A stretch of DNA of 64,000 bases from Ruditapes philippinarum (lineage: Eukaryota): NCBI RefSeq assembly GCF_026571515.1, contig NW_026851624.1, positions 186,001-250,000 on the forward strand. The letters run 5' to 3'. Positions 50,468 through 63,850 of the stretch are shown piece after piece. The position numbers and the translations under genes are program-made. The notes under the pieces were generated by a model. That model made no database searches. It was not told the origin of the DNA and worked only from the letters and a program-made list of their open reading frames with translations. Position 1 is the stretch's first letter, and every line of letters starts with the position of its first letter.

Positions 50468-53149
50468 GCTGTTTCTATATATTAATAACACGACATTACA
50501 AAACACACTTAATGTTAGTATTGAATGACAGTAGACATGAAATATACGTTACAGCTAATAGAACCGACATTGGTCTTTGAGCTAAGATATTTTCAAAATA
50601 AGGTCAATCTAATAAACAACCATCAAACCTATAGTTTTTGTTTGCATTGTTAAGCAAAGCTTACTAAACGTAGGAATATGGTTAAAGAACTTTTCATAAA
50701 CAACATAGACATAATGCTTTAGACTGTTTTCGTCAACTTGTCCCTTTCCAAGACCATTTATGTCAATCTTCACTTCAAATGACCATTATTTGTCAATGTT
50801 ATCCAAGTAATATTATTCATTTACAACTCATTATAAAAGCTATCACAGTTTTAGAATAGTACATTTTGTGCCAGTCTTAATCGATATCAATCAAGCCAAC
50901 GATCCAAAATATTGCCATTATCACGCTTGTTTAATCATACTTGTGCGCTCATTAGGAAACTTTACAAAGTAGTCAAGAAAAATGTACTTTAAGGAACCAT
51001 GCGAAGAGAAATATTTTCCACCCAAACAGTTTATTCCTCTTTCTATATAAGGTAAGAGTGTTCAACGTAATATTCGCTGCACAGCTGAGCCAAACACCCA
51101 TGCATGTGTTTTATTCTTGGAATTCAAAGGAGCTTGTTCAATATTATACTCAATCTATCAAGCTTAAACAGAAGACTTACCACATAATCTGTCTTCATCA
51201 TATGTAGATCGCTGTCCATCAACCTCACTAGTGTCATGAAGCGGAATACTGCGGTTACAGTATGTGTTAACAAAACCTAATTGGGTGCAAACTTGAATCT
51301 TATGAAAAAGAGATAAGGCTGTCTCCGAATTTGGCAACAGGACACAAGTAAATTCAGTTTAATAAAGAAGAATGATTTTCGTCCTCAGAAAATTGTCTGC
51401 AATAATAATAGCTGATAAACCCTAAAAGGTTCGGTATTGCACAACAAGGCGTATGTAACGCGCATATGTGCCATGTTTGAAGAGATATGTATGTTGTTTG
51501 CCAAATAAAATTACAAATGCAATATCATGTTTCCATGCAACCACACACATTTAATAGACAGATTGCCTTATATGTTGTGCTTCCGCATGTTAGTTGTTCC
51601 TTGAACAGGACATTGCATGTTTTTATTCTCAACCAACATAACCATTTTAAATGAATTTTAAGACCAAATGCATGTACTGCTTAATATAAGAAAACTCTTC
51701 TTTATACTTAAGAAGGCATGTACATAGGACTATATGAAATACAAACAATGATATGGAAGATACAAAACATAGAAAGCGGTGTTGAAACTTAAAATAATAT
51801 AGATATGTTAAAATATTGAAAATGTTATTTTAGATGAGTTCTTTAAAGTTGTAAAGCTATAGATGGTTATATTACTTCAAATATTACAAAATTTATGAAA
51901 CAAGGTTGCTAAAAATTTCCAATGTCATTTATATGGCGCAACAATTCAATATAACATAAAGGATCTGAATTTTAAAGCCCGTCTAAAAATATTCTACTGC
52001 TATTTTCGGACAGTGTTATAGTGTGTCCGTCTATTTGCTACGAATCTTACAAACTTGTTTTCAGTATAGGTACTGTAATGTGATTTCAATCAAGTAACAA
52101 TCACAAATAGCGTTTATACTATATTTAACATTTTTAAATAAAAAATATTAGGATTATCAGAATAACTTTTACGCTGAAGAGCGTCTGGTTCAAACAGAGT
52201 TCTTTGAATTATACATTTGAGGCATACATGACGTATGCGAAAGAAAAGATCGTTGCTGCTGATATGTGAACTAGCCTTTTGTCACTAATGACAATATCGT
52301 GACCAAACTATTGCTAACGATGATCCGATAATGACAAAGGCGTAAAATCAAATGAACATAATTGTCCCGCACATCCTCTTCAATTGAACTTAATTCCGAT
52401 GGGAAAAATGTTATCGAACTTTATAAAAATGATAATATGCCGATATATCTTATTTGAGAGGTTTCTGTCTTCAAAGAATACAATGGAAATATAAAACAAA
52501 GATATGTTTATGCCGCATTGTTAAGGTATAAAAATTTGTTGATTCATAGTTTACTAAGGAAGTATGGAGTCGGAGGATGGAGGATAACATCTTAAGATGT
52601 ACATTCAATGATGCGCTCCAATGATTGATTGTAACAGCTGTGACAGTACTTTCTTTTAGATGATCGAACTATTCCGAAAGAGTATCGGATTTTTGGCAAA
52701 ATCACAATAACATCGCCCTTTCTAACTTACAACACTTTCCAGTATACTAAAATGAGTTACAACTATTTATACTCACTAGGTTATCTTGAAGATGTCGTCA
52801 GAAATATGACGAAGTAATAAGTATTGAAGATATTACTTTGCTTGTCAACATTATCAAACCATTTTTCATCGGGTTAATTGTCTTTTCTTAAATTTACTTC
52901 AAGCATTTTTTTCAGAATTTACTTTTCTGTTCACTTTCCTTATGCAAACTATGGAGGACATAGCCAATCACTCCAATTCAAGTTGTACACTAAATATAGA
53001 TTGAAATTCATTTTTGTCTTCAAATTGTCTTGTAAGGTACTCAATATGTTTCATTTTCTTTGCTCTAATGCTACACAATTAAGAAATAAGCATAACATAA
53101 ATTTATCGTCTCTCCATAAATTGAGAGACAATGTTTTTAAGGAGGTTAT

Positions 53150-53460
53150 TACAATGTACTTTGGAAATTAAGTTATCTCAAATGATACTGCTATTGTCCT
53201 TATTAAGATATTGATTTCATGTAATAACGTAATGTTCTAATTCATTCTACAATAACAAGATAATGAGAGCTTTGAAGGAAAAGTCTGAATTTTGTAGGCG
53301 TGCTTGATATTTAGATTTTGAAATTCTTTTTGGTCTTACCAATATTTTACTTGATTGGCACACACATTCTTTTGCATCTAAAAGGTTCCAATTTCACCAA
53401 GGATTCAAACTTTCTCTATCACCGGTTTATAAATGAAGAGGAAAAACCACTAAGACTGCT
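53150..53460 (-). mobile_element. Decayed Penelope-like GIY-YIG endonuclease relic
   Basis: Minus strand 53346-53296 reads NIGKTKKNFKI*IS, resembling YIGxTxRxLxxRxxEH. A 1-nt frameshift would restore EH. Stops and frameshifts are present. Confidence 0.4.
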
Positions 53461-54138
53461 GGTCTTTTTTAATCAGGCTTATGTGTCTCAATTTGTTTAT
53501 TATAAGGTTAACACTTGAACTTATATTCACTTTCTTTATTTTCTTAAGTTCTACCGCTTGAAGTATTTCCTTATGGAACAATATTTTTAAGTGGTTAAAC
53601 ATGATAATAAACCATGCATCAGCATTTCAATATTTGAATAAGAAAGGAACACCATGCATTGCATAACATACTTCCTGATCTATGTCAAGCGTTTCTCTAT
53701 GTTACATTTCCTTCTTGCTTTATACAAACAAGTTACAACGCATATAATTAGTTCAACGGCTACCATTTAGTCTAAGAATAATCTAGTGGGTAGATATACA
53801 TGATTAAACATAGTTAACAAGGAGTACATGTAAATGTGTATATAAATTTTATTATTATCAGAATAAAAAACAATGATAAACAAGAAAGGACAACATCAAT
53901 GCACACAGCCCAAAATCGAATAAAAGTCTGCTAAGAAAATATAAATGTCATCATTGACATCTTTAAATTTAGACAATAACATTATTCAAAGTACTAGTTA
54001 AAGGGAGACACATGCAAAATTTTCATTTCTTCGTTTTGAATTTTTCATTCATTTATCTGTAAATGTTCTCAAAATGAATACACTAGGCAGTCACAGGAAC
54101 AAAACTTTACTCCTTATAAATAAAAAAAGGGTGGTTTC

Positions 54139-54190
54139 CTAACCTGACCCACGCGGGTCAGGTTAGAGCGATAAGATTTCACAAGTCTAG
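54139..54190 (+). other. Perfect 12-bp GC-rich hairpin followed by CTAG|T; possible Helitron 3' end
   Basis: CTAACCTGACCC-ACGC-GGGTCAGGTTAG at 54139-54166; CTAG at 54187-54190. Confidence 0.4.
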
Positions 54191-55211
54191 TCACAGTGAA
54201 CTCTGGAAACTATTAAGAACCGTCAAATGAATGATTTATGTTTGTTTCAATCATACTATAGCCACAATATCTGTAATTGTAACTTCCATGGTTTGTTCAA
54301 GTCGCATGACTTGTTTTAAAACTACTCAGTGATTCTGCCGGCGTCTAAATTTCGTTAAACATATATAGGTATATTTAAACTTCAAACCCAAAATATATAG
54401 AATATTTACAGAAATCCATGCTGGAACTTTTACAAATGTCATATCAGCGTGATTCGAGTACAAAAGATAGTTTTGATATTTTTGTCATTAATTTGCCTGA
54501 GGTAACAAATATAGCTATAATTCGTTAAATGTGAAAGTCCTGAGACGAACTCTCGTTTACAAACATTTAAAGAGTTTCTGATTTTAGTTACAAACAGATT
54601 AGTGAAGCAATTATGAAATTTTGTTAACTACCTAAACATGCTTTAATTTAATGCTTTTCTTTATTAAAATCATTGGAGAAATTGAATATTAAAACAAGAT
54701 GTTATTGTGTTTTCATATCACATCCTTCAAAATTTATTTGTAATGTTTCAATAGCCTGAACTTATGTGCGTGTCGAATAATTTAATGATATTTTTTTATC
54801 ATTGAAAGGTAGTATTTGTGATACTTTTAGACTTTACTCATTGTTTGCTCCACTCTTGTTTTATCTATTTAACTTTTTAATATGCATCGGAAATAATTGT
54901 ATAGATATGTAATTATTCTTTGTGAATTTTTGGCGATGTCTCACGTCTTGTCTGATAATATACTGCCGATCAATAATGGAACTTTAGCTCGCATAATTGG
55001 AAAGAATGAATTTTATATAGTCAGCACTAGAGTTTATATATACACGTATTAGAGCAATAAAGCTGTACTTTATGATTTACAGGATAAATATATTATTGCA
55101 CACTCCTTCCTTATCTTTATAAATAGAATATAACCTTCATTTGTATACAATTTACAATACGATAATTGTCGTTTTTCAAGTGTTATTTTTATATTCCTTT
55201 TCTCTTTTCAG

Positions 55212-55249
55212 ATGAAATTGCGGGATTAAACACAAGAATGAAAACACAT
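55212..55249 (+). other. Candidate 38-nt micro-exon (diverged paralogue), ends MKTH, phase-0 donor
   Basis: TTCCTTTCTCTTTTCAG acceptor and GTAAGT donor. Same length, same ATGA start and GGATTAA at the same offset as the other two. Confidence 0.55.
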
Positions 55250-56076
55250 GTAAGTAATGAAAGTTATACCATTCATGGTTATTGTTTCAGTAATACTGTT
55301 ATAACATATTTTAAATATATTGCTGTTCTCGCTACACACTTTAAAATTACTAATTTACCCATATAAACACGGACATTAAAGTACATTGATATTAATCATT
55401 CATAGTAAGAAATCAATGTTTAATATATCTTAATTATTGGTGCTTATGCCTTAAAGCAAACAACTTATAATAATTTACAATCTTAAACTATAATAATGCA
55501 TGCACTTAAAAGAAGCATTGATTGTAATACGTAATTTTTTGCTAACAAAAATGCAGTTTAAATTATTTCCTATTCAAACAGTTAAAAAAACTTATCAGCC
55601 TTGATATTCATATATGTGTGTACTTCTTAAACATTAAGTCAAACTCCCCATATGCAAATGGAGAATAAAATTGTTAATTGTATCATAAAACGACAAACTG
55701 CATATTTGTTGGACAAATTTATATATCTTTCGTGATCGACTAGCTTATTTGCTTTCTGAAACTGCAATTACATGTTGGCATCTGACTCGAGATGACTGAC
55801 ATACCGAATACTTTCTTTGTCTTGTAATCGATAATTTGATATTGTAAATGAGCGTTTGCAGAATATCCTGTGGTCATTTCCTATTTACTTTAGCCATGAT
55901 ATTAAACAACATACGACACATCAACTCATCGATTAGGAAGGAATTTCTTAAGATTTAGTGTTCGTCACATTATAGTGGTTTTTAAAATTCACAAAAAATA
56001 TTTTAAATTGGCAAATCAAACTTGTGTCTTATTATAGATTACATATATTTTTTTGCTTTTGTATATCGAGGAATTG

Positions 56077-56303
56077 GTTTTAAATTATACAGAATTTATT
56101 TTAGTTCGATTGTGTAGGAAGCTATAAGCTTATAGACACACTTACGAATCCGTTCCTGGAACCAACCAGTACTGAGCAATGATTGTAAAGGTTCTTGTTT
56201 CTCCACGAAACAACGACTTGCCCCTGACGGGGTTTGAACCCATGCGGCTAGCGATCATGAGATTACTAGTCCGACGCGTTAACCACTCGGCCATGCCGCC
56301 ACT
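56077..56303 (-). mobile_element. Full-length tRNA-derived SINE (CORE-like bivalve family) with 15-bp TSD
   Basis: Minus-strand head GGCGGCATGGCCGAGTGG (A box)...GGTTCAAACCCC (B box); body CATTGCTCAGTACTGGTTGGTTCCAGGAACGGATTCG. TATATCGAGGAATTG is duplicated at 56062-56076 and 56304-56318. Confidence 0.93.
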
Positions 56304-57458
56304 TATATCGAGGAATTGACTTCCTTTATTAATGATATTGAACATGTTTTGTCTTTACTGTAAATATATGAACGTGTTAGTCATATTATATGTTATTTAA
56401 ACAATAAATAAGGAGGAGGTTGATTTCAACAAAATAAAGAAAAGGAAGCAAGATAAGATACAAACTTTAAAGTAATATTGTGGTAGTTCTTGCATATTTA
56501 TAATGTTCTTTGTATGTAAACGTCCGGCAGGAGAATCATAAAAGTTAACTTATTACACAGCATGCCACTCTTTGGGTTCGAAGAAATGTTGTCCTTAATA
56601 AATGTCAAACTTATAGAAAGTATATCGTATTTGTTTCAGTGTTTTTTAAACATTTTATAAGTTGGATTTAGTTTGAGAAGCAAAAATGAAAGGAAACTAC
56701 CATATACAAAATATCCAATTCTTACTTTGCTACATTTAATATTTTCCGCGTACATTTCCATCTCAGGATCAAACGAAAATATACTATAGGAATTCTTTTC
56801 GTTGAACAAATATATGTTTTTCAGGATATCTGCTGTAATAGAAAATTTATGAGATGAAAGATTTTTTTCCTTTCAACGGCTATGGTGATGATTTTTATGC
56901 GTATTTATACACACGTTTATTATTTTGTGTAGTTAATAGATATAAACGCATTTATGTATAATTAATAAATATGCATTGTAATGTTCATTTAGAGAGAACC
57001 CCTTTGAATAAGATACTACATATTATTGAATATCACGTTGCCAACATGAAAATAAATACTTCTTTAAAAACTATGTATGAAGGAAGTCAAGACAGATTGC
57101 ATTAACAGCTGGGTCATAAAACCAGCCCCTTTTCTCTCTGTAAAAACAAAGTCCGGATGTTTTGCACAAATGCTGACTACTTAATTGATCCATTACAATT
57201 TAATTAGCTCCTTTATTTATAGGCTTTGTTTACATATCTTTTGCCATAGGAAATCAGTTTCAGCAGCAATTTCCACCATTACTTATTTCTTAATTGCTGC
57301 TTTCGTCAAGCATTCAAAGTTGCATTGAATTTATCACAAATGCATTCTCATGACGTAATTTAAAAGAATTCCATGAAAAATTTCTAAACAAGATATTTTA
57401 AATTGACTCATTCAGTGAAATGCAAGATAATTAAAAGATAAAAGCCTAAGGGTATTTA

Positions 57459-57779
57459 GGCCATTGTTTTCTCGTTTAAGGCACACGCTTTTTATTACTA
57501 GGGGACCATACGCCGCTTTTCATGGAATGGCACGGAAGTGTCACATTGAAGGTTCCATGATAACCGCCGTATGAACACATCTGCGGATGTTTCTAAATTC
57601 AAAATTTTACTATTTCACGTTTAAATGTTGAATTCTGCTTAAGCCGGTGCTAGGGGGCGTGGACGGTAACTTGCACTTTCCAGTACCGTCCATGAACAGG
57701 CTCAATCAAACCGAGCCTGCAACATTTTCAATTTTGCCGTGTTGGGCTTTCTTTAGGGATTCTGTATTTATCTATTTTA
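57459..57779 (-). mobile_element. Hairpin-rich non-autonomous repeat of unknown class
   Basis: Absent from the paralogous site at ~63380. Its end is the reverse complement of 24521-24600 and 48858-48930. Three internal inverted repeats. Confidence 0.8.
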
Positions 57780-58639
57780 ATAAATAACAAAACATTTCAC
57801 GTTTCGATTGGTTTCTGTGGAGTATGGCATGATTTGTTTATTTCCTCTTTAGATAACAGATAAAACGATTTCCTGTATGTGTTCTTGATGTTTGTTTTGA
57901 TAGTGTTTGAATAGGTTTCGTTCACACTGTTTAAATGGGTATCGTTAACAATATTATTAATTTAAAATAACAATTTGTTTTTTTTTCTAGGATATCACCC
58001 CTTAACAACATATACTTGGAATCACATATTTTCTTACTTTATCGCTTCATCGTTCATAGCCATTGGTATCTGAACATATTGGTACTGATACCTTCCTAAA
58101 ATACATGTCTCTTGCACTAACCTTTGTATGTGACAGGTACATATTGATTTGATTTAATGTTTACCGCCTATTTGTCATGAAGAGGCATGGGTTGATTTTT
58201 TTTTTCATCCAGTTCTTTCAATTTTCAATGAGTGAAGAAGGTGCGATTGCAAGATATGAGAAACAATTTAAATTATCTTTAACCACAATACCATGAAAAT
58301 ATTTATTATCTGAATCGGATGAAACCCCTTGAAATGCCATCCAAAATTATCATGCGAAACTACTTCAAATTATCTGCTCAATCCTCTTGATTTATAGCTT
58401 TTTTTGTGTATAACACTGTTCGTGTAACCATGTAGCAAATCTGATCTATAAACTGAAGAAAGTCTTTACTTTCCAATAGAACTTTGAGTTGATAAGGTTT
58501 CTTAAGTTTTCAAGTGCGCTTTTAAATTGTAGAAGGTGCATGTTGTTTTATTGACAGTGATATGTCTTCCTTAGTTTATTTTATCAGATTGGTTTGGTGG
58601 ACAACACATTCTGAGGCAACGAAACAAAAACTCTTTAAA

Positions 58640-59130
58640 TGTCTTTACTTTACAGTGCTTTTGTTTGAGTCCTCAGCAGTACTAATGCTGCTGACCGTTT
58701 TAAGGCGGCGCCCTCTGTGTTCCTCAGATGTATGTCTTTGTTGTTTCATACCGTTTTGATGACACTTTTGTTTGTGTCCCTTGTTGTTTACATCTTCGAT
58801 AATATTTTCCCTTTTGCCACTTGATTTCTTTCTCATTTTGACCCTCTTTTCCCCTAATCACGTATCACCTTCCCTGTGCCCCTTTACTTTGTGGGTTAAT
58901 AAATCAATCGGTTATTTGTTTTCATTAATTTTCTTGTCGGTTATTATTTAATCTTTTTAAGTATCATTTAAATGATTAGCCTGTCCGTGCTCTGCCGTGC
59001 GCCCTGTCCTGTTTTTGTTTGGGGTCCTCCTCGGCTCCTTGCCACTTGTTCTTGTTACTGGGTCGAGTGGGTGATGCGTTCATTAAACGCCGCCTTTCCT
59101 TGTTGATCTTGTTTACCATATTGTTCTAAT
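58640..59130. mobile_element. GC-richer interspersed-repeat relic
   Basis: CTGACCGTTTTAAGGCGG resembles a CTGACCGTTCCAAGGCGG repeat I recall as abundant in bivalve genomes. Strong strand skew and no sustained ORF. Confidence 0.45.
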
Positions 59131-62049
59131 TACTGGTGTCCATTCATCTAAATATTGTCATACTGCATATGTAAATATATCCGTAGTTTTGATTTATTAT
59201 TACTTTATTCCTGGTTCTTCCTGTTCTATAACATTGTGTTTGCTGGATTAAATTTTATAAAACATAATAATAACTGAATAAATATGTACAATAAACAAAT
59301 AATAAACAAATACATAAATAAACAATTTGTTATCACATTTCTGCTGACTAGCACACTTTATCTGACTATTAAAGACATTTTCTCAGGGGGGATATAATAC
59401 TTATTACGTGATCATTTGACATGTGCAGTCGGCACACTCGTTCTCAATAAAGCGTTGGTAACGTAATACTTTAGGTTATGGTTCCTAAAACTTAATTAAT
59501 CCGACATAAAAGTGTCTCAGCTAACACATTTTAATTACAATGTCATCCGACGTCTTTATTTGTCGAGGATATTTCCTGTTACAATGTTTTTGATATTAAT
59601 AGAAATTAATTGGCATTGTGTCTGAAAGATGATAGGGATATAATAAGGGTGTTCTTCACTATTTTTGTGTTCCTTCAAAGTTAATATAGAAACTGTTGTC
59701 CATTGGGTGTTTATAAGTACAAAAACGCAAAAGTGATTTCCTACATACTGTCCTTTCTACTATATTATATGGCTTTCTACATGTTTGGCTAAGCATCAAT
59801 TGAAAAGTTAGAAAGATGATGAAGACAAAGAAAGAGATATAATAACAGGCAAAATGAACAAAGAGTCAACAATGATAAGGATTGTTGCAATTGCAATAAA
59901 TAGATACTTTGTACTTACATAAGAAAATGGTCATTATTCTATCACAAAAGGAATTACAGGACTTGTTGTCTAGCATTCCTAGTTTATGCGTTGTTAAAAT
60001 TAATAACAAAAGTAACACGCAGCCCGACAACATCCAGCCTCATTGAATTATCAGGAATTAAGCCAGTGGTGCACCAAACAGAGACAATGCAAAAATGGGG
60101 TAGGAAAAAAAAGGACGGACAGGTGGCGAGTTAATTAATTACATAAAAATGCCATATAAAAAACAAAGATCTAAATCTGGAGCTTTTTGGTGATATAGTT
60201 TAATTTGGTATAACAACACTGAGAATGGACTGGAGCAAAGCGTTTAAGGCAACAGTACAGTCCTTCTTTATCTTCCATTCTTACAGGAATAAGCTCCGGA
60301 AATACCAGTAAACTGAATATGTATAATGATTGTTAGTTTCTTTGGCGCACGATCATTCGTAATGCAGATTAATTTATATGCTCAATGACCGAATATTATG
60401 AAATTTCCCGATGGGAGAGAAAATCCGTTTAATCCAATCATCTCACTTGATTGTATTTGCAGCAATAAACCGATTACTGACATTTATATTATTAACTTAC
60501 AGAATACGATTAATTTAAGTACATTTTCTTGTAAGCGATTATCTTATTAGTATTGTCGCTGTTAGTACTGTTGACATTACTATAATAAAGCTAAGTTGTA
60601 TCATTTTTATTGCACTAGTTGTTGAAGAAATAAAATTTAAAAAAAAATGATAGAGAAATGGCAACAATTATTTCCTTTGAAGGAACAAATAGAAAACTTC
60701 TTTTATAACTTATGAGTATAACAAAGAACGTCTAAACATAATCTGTCAAACTACGAACATAAAAGATCTTTACACAATAAACGATCTCAATCAATTTGAA
60801 GTGCCGTCTGTCAAGATTTACATATGCCTTCTTTTCAAAATCTGCAAGTGAAAAGCTGACGGAACATAATACGTTTAGTTCGTAATTGGATGCACGGCGA
60901 TGTAATAAGAAAAAAGGTTAAGATCGTCTCTGTGTGTGGTAATGGCAAATCAGGAAATATTTTTGAAAAGGAGAAAAATCGATTCCTAGAATATTGACTG
61001 CTTTAAATACAGAAACGAAAACAAAGAAAGCTTGTTAAAGAATACCCAGACAGTTGTAGTACTTATATGCATCGATATAATATTATAAGATGAAAAAGAC
61101 ATGGATATGTCATATCAAGTGCATATTTTGCAGACAATTACTTGATATATATAGAGTTATATGTTTGTTTGTTTGTTTATTAATTAATACCTATATTTGT
61201 ACCTTACTTTTAATGTTAACCACCCGCTGCAAGTAAAAACAAAATAGAACTTCTTGATATTAAGTGAAAACAAATAAGTAAACATATTATGAACATAATA
61301 TTCTGTAAATTATCAATAACATGAAATAAAAATCTAAAATGTTCAGGTTAACTTTATGATAGCAATCCAATGTACTTAAGAAGTCATGTTATCGAAATAA
61401 TTATAATTTAAATAAAGATCATATCATAATTATTTACCATATATTGTATGTTTTACATATTTTGATGACTTTTCTATTGATAAAAGCTACAACTTTTAAC
61501 ATTTCAAACGAATGAAAAAATGCTAAAAAATTGAACCTGCAGTAGCACATCATGTGTGTAAGAAATGTAATGCTAAAGTGACAGAATTTTACATTTTTAC
61601 CAATTTTTTAAAAAAAAAATAGTTAAAATAAAAACGTTTGTGACAATCACGTACGAAAGATTAACGTACGATCTAATAATTCTTCTTTCACTATCTCGTC
61701 CCGAAATTATTGTTGACATGAGCGCAACCAAGTTGTTTCCGTGACCCAATGTATCAGATACAGCTAACACTCTCAATAAAACGCTGAAAATATATTTGTA
61801 ACACTGAATATTTATACGCAATCAGTTAGAATTTTTAGTGTCTGCGTTTGTCATGTAATTTAAGTCCCTTGTCGAAACTGAATAATTTGCAATTCTGTAC
61901 CACTGTAAGAACTTTCACACAGTAACTGATTTTGACAAAGTTAGAGATTCAGGGGAATGAGTTCGATCTTGTACTTCAGGGAAGGTACTTGACCATTTAA
62001 TGTAGTTCAATGTGCTATGTTCCATTTTGGTTTATTTGTATAAATAAGT

Positions 62050-63850
62050 TTTGTTTTTTAAAAAGGCCTGAATCTTGTGAATTTTGGTTAAATGATAGAT
62101 TTCAAAATTGTCTACATTCAATTTGTTGTTTTTGTTAAACCCTTATCATTTACTCATTGTTCACTTGACTCTTGTGTACTTGTTTTATATTCAACGAAAG
62201 TTATTGTACAGTCTACAATTTTCATAGAAATGCAATTATTATTGGTGAATATTTGGCAATGTCTCACGGCTTTTCAGATAATATACTGTAGATCAATAAT
62301 GGAACTTAAGCTCGTATAATTGGAAAAAAATGAATTTTATATAGTCAGCACTGGAGCATAATAGAAAGTTAATAGATACAAGAGAAATAAGGCTGTACTG
62401 TATGATTAATTGCGTACATAAGACACCACACTTATAATACACTGTCCTTTCTAATCCTTAACAGCGTTTGTGTATATAGTTCGCTATATTATATTGCTTT
62501 TTAATTTATTCATACTCCCCTACACATTTCATTTAATTTGTTTCGACTTGACAAGCATCCATGAAATGAACAGTTAAATATTCGGATATTTTTTTATTCG
62601 ACATAAACATAAATTGGGTTCCTTTTCATTATTAGATCAAAACGAAACTATACATTATGATATTATTTAGTTGAACAAATAAAACCATTTCAGGATGAAA
62701 CATTTCATAACTGCTATAATAAAAAGTTCATCAGATGAAAGATTTGTTTCCCTTTCAAAGACTGAGGTAGTGTTTTTGCACTTAATTAGTATTTATACAA
62801 CAGTACTATTGCGTAGTCAATAAATATAAACGCATTAATATATTTATATAATTGGCATATTAATGTTCATTTACAGACAAATATCCTTTGAATTAGGTAC
62901 TTCTTATTATTGAAGGTTACAACAAACAAAACTTGTTGACAACATCAGAAGAACGCTTCTATGATAAACATGTAGCAAGGTTAAAACAAATTGCGTAAAC
63001 ATCTGAGCAATAAAACCAACCCCATTTCTCTTGGAAAATCTTAAAGCCGGATGTTTTGCACCAATGTTGACTATTTCAATGATTCATTACCGTTTAATAA
63101 GCTCCTATGTTTAAAGGCTTTGTTTACATATCTGTTGCAGTAGGAAATCAGTTGTTTCACCCTTACTTCTTTAGAAAGTGCTGCTTTCGTCAAGCATTCA
63201 AAATTGCATATTAAAATTAACACAGATACAGTTTCGTTATGTAATTTGAATGAACTTAATAACAAAATGTCTAAAATATGGAAAAAACGTCACAAGGACA
63301 GGCAGCGTTAAATGAACCATATAATTAAAAACTACTTCATTCAGTGAAATGCAAGATACAAGTTGAAAACCTTACGGTATTTAAAATAATGAAACATGTA
63401 AAATATCGATTGGTACCTATCAAGTATTACATGTCTTATAAGATTGTCATGATGTGTTCTTTTCGTAAGTTATGGTTTTTACTTGTATGTGTTTTTATTA
63501 ATTTATTGTTTTCTGACGTATATATTGAATTTATCTAATGTTTACAGTCCATTTCTGTAATGAGGCATTGATGAGATTTATAATTGTTTCTATCAATTCC
63601 TTCGTTAAGAAATCAATTCGAAGGAAACGGCGGTACGAGTAACAAAACAACTGAGATTTTTTTACCTACACATCCCTGAAACAATTTATAACCTGTACGG
63701 AAACCCTTAAAATACCATCAAAATAATTATGCAAAACTACTTTGAATACTCTTGATTTATAGAGTGCGTATATCATACTGTCCCTGTAACAATTCTGATA
63801 TAGCTGAATTATAAACGGAAGGGTTGATACTACTTTCCAATTTCCATAAA
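62050..63850 (+). repeat. Older segmental duplication, unit 3b (internally shorter copy of 3a)
   Basis: Same blocks as unit 3a. Lacks the equivalents of ~55200-56700 and 57459-57779. Confidence 0.88.

Larger units (their letters stand above)
54720..58500 (+). repeat. Older segmental duplication, unit 3a
   Basis: Blocks 54925-55030, 56760-57430 and 58310-58480 align in order with 62250-62355, 62630-63360 and 63670-63840. Confidence 0.88.

Noticed and set aside
52786-52814. Minimal hammerhead ribozyme near the Penelope relic
   Set aside because: Core reads TTGAAGA/GAAG rather than CTGANGA/GAAA, and it is on the opposite strand to the relic ORF.
56219-56300. tRNA gene
   Set aside because: The acceptor stem does not pair and the sequence continues into a SINE body flanked by a TSD.
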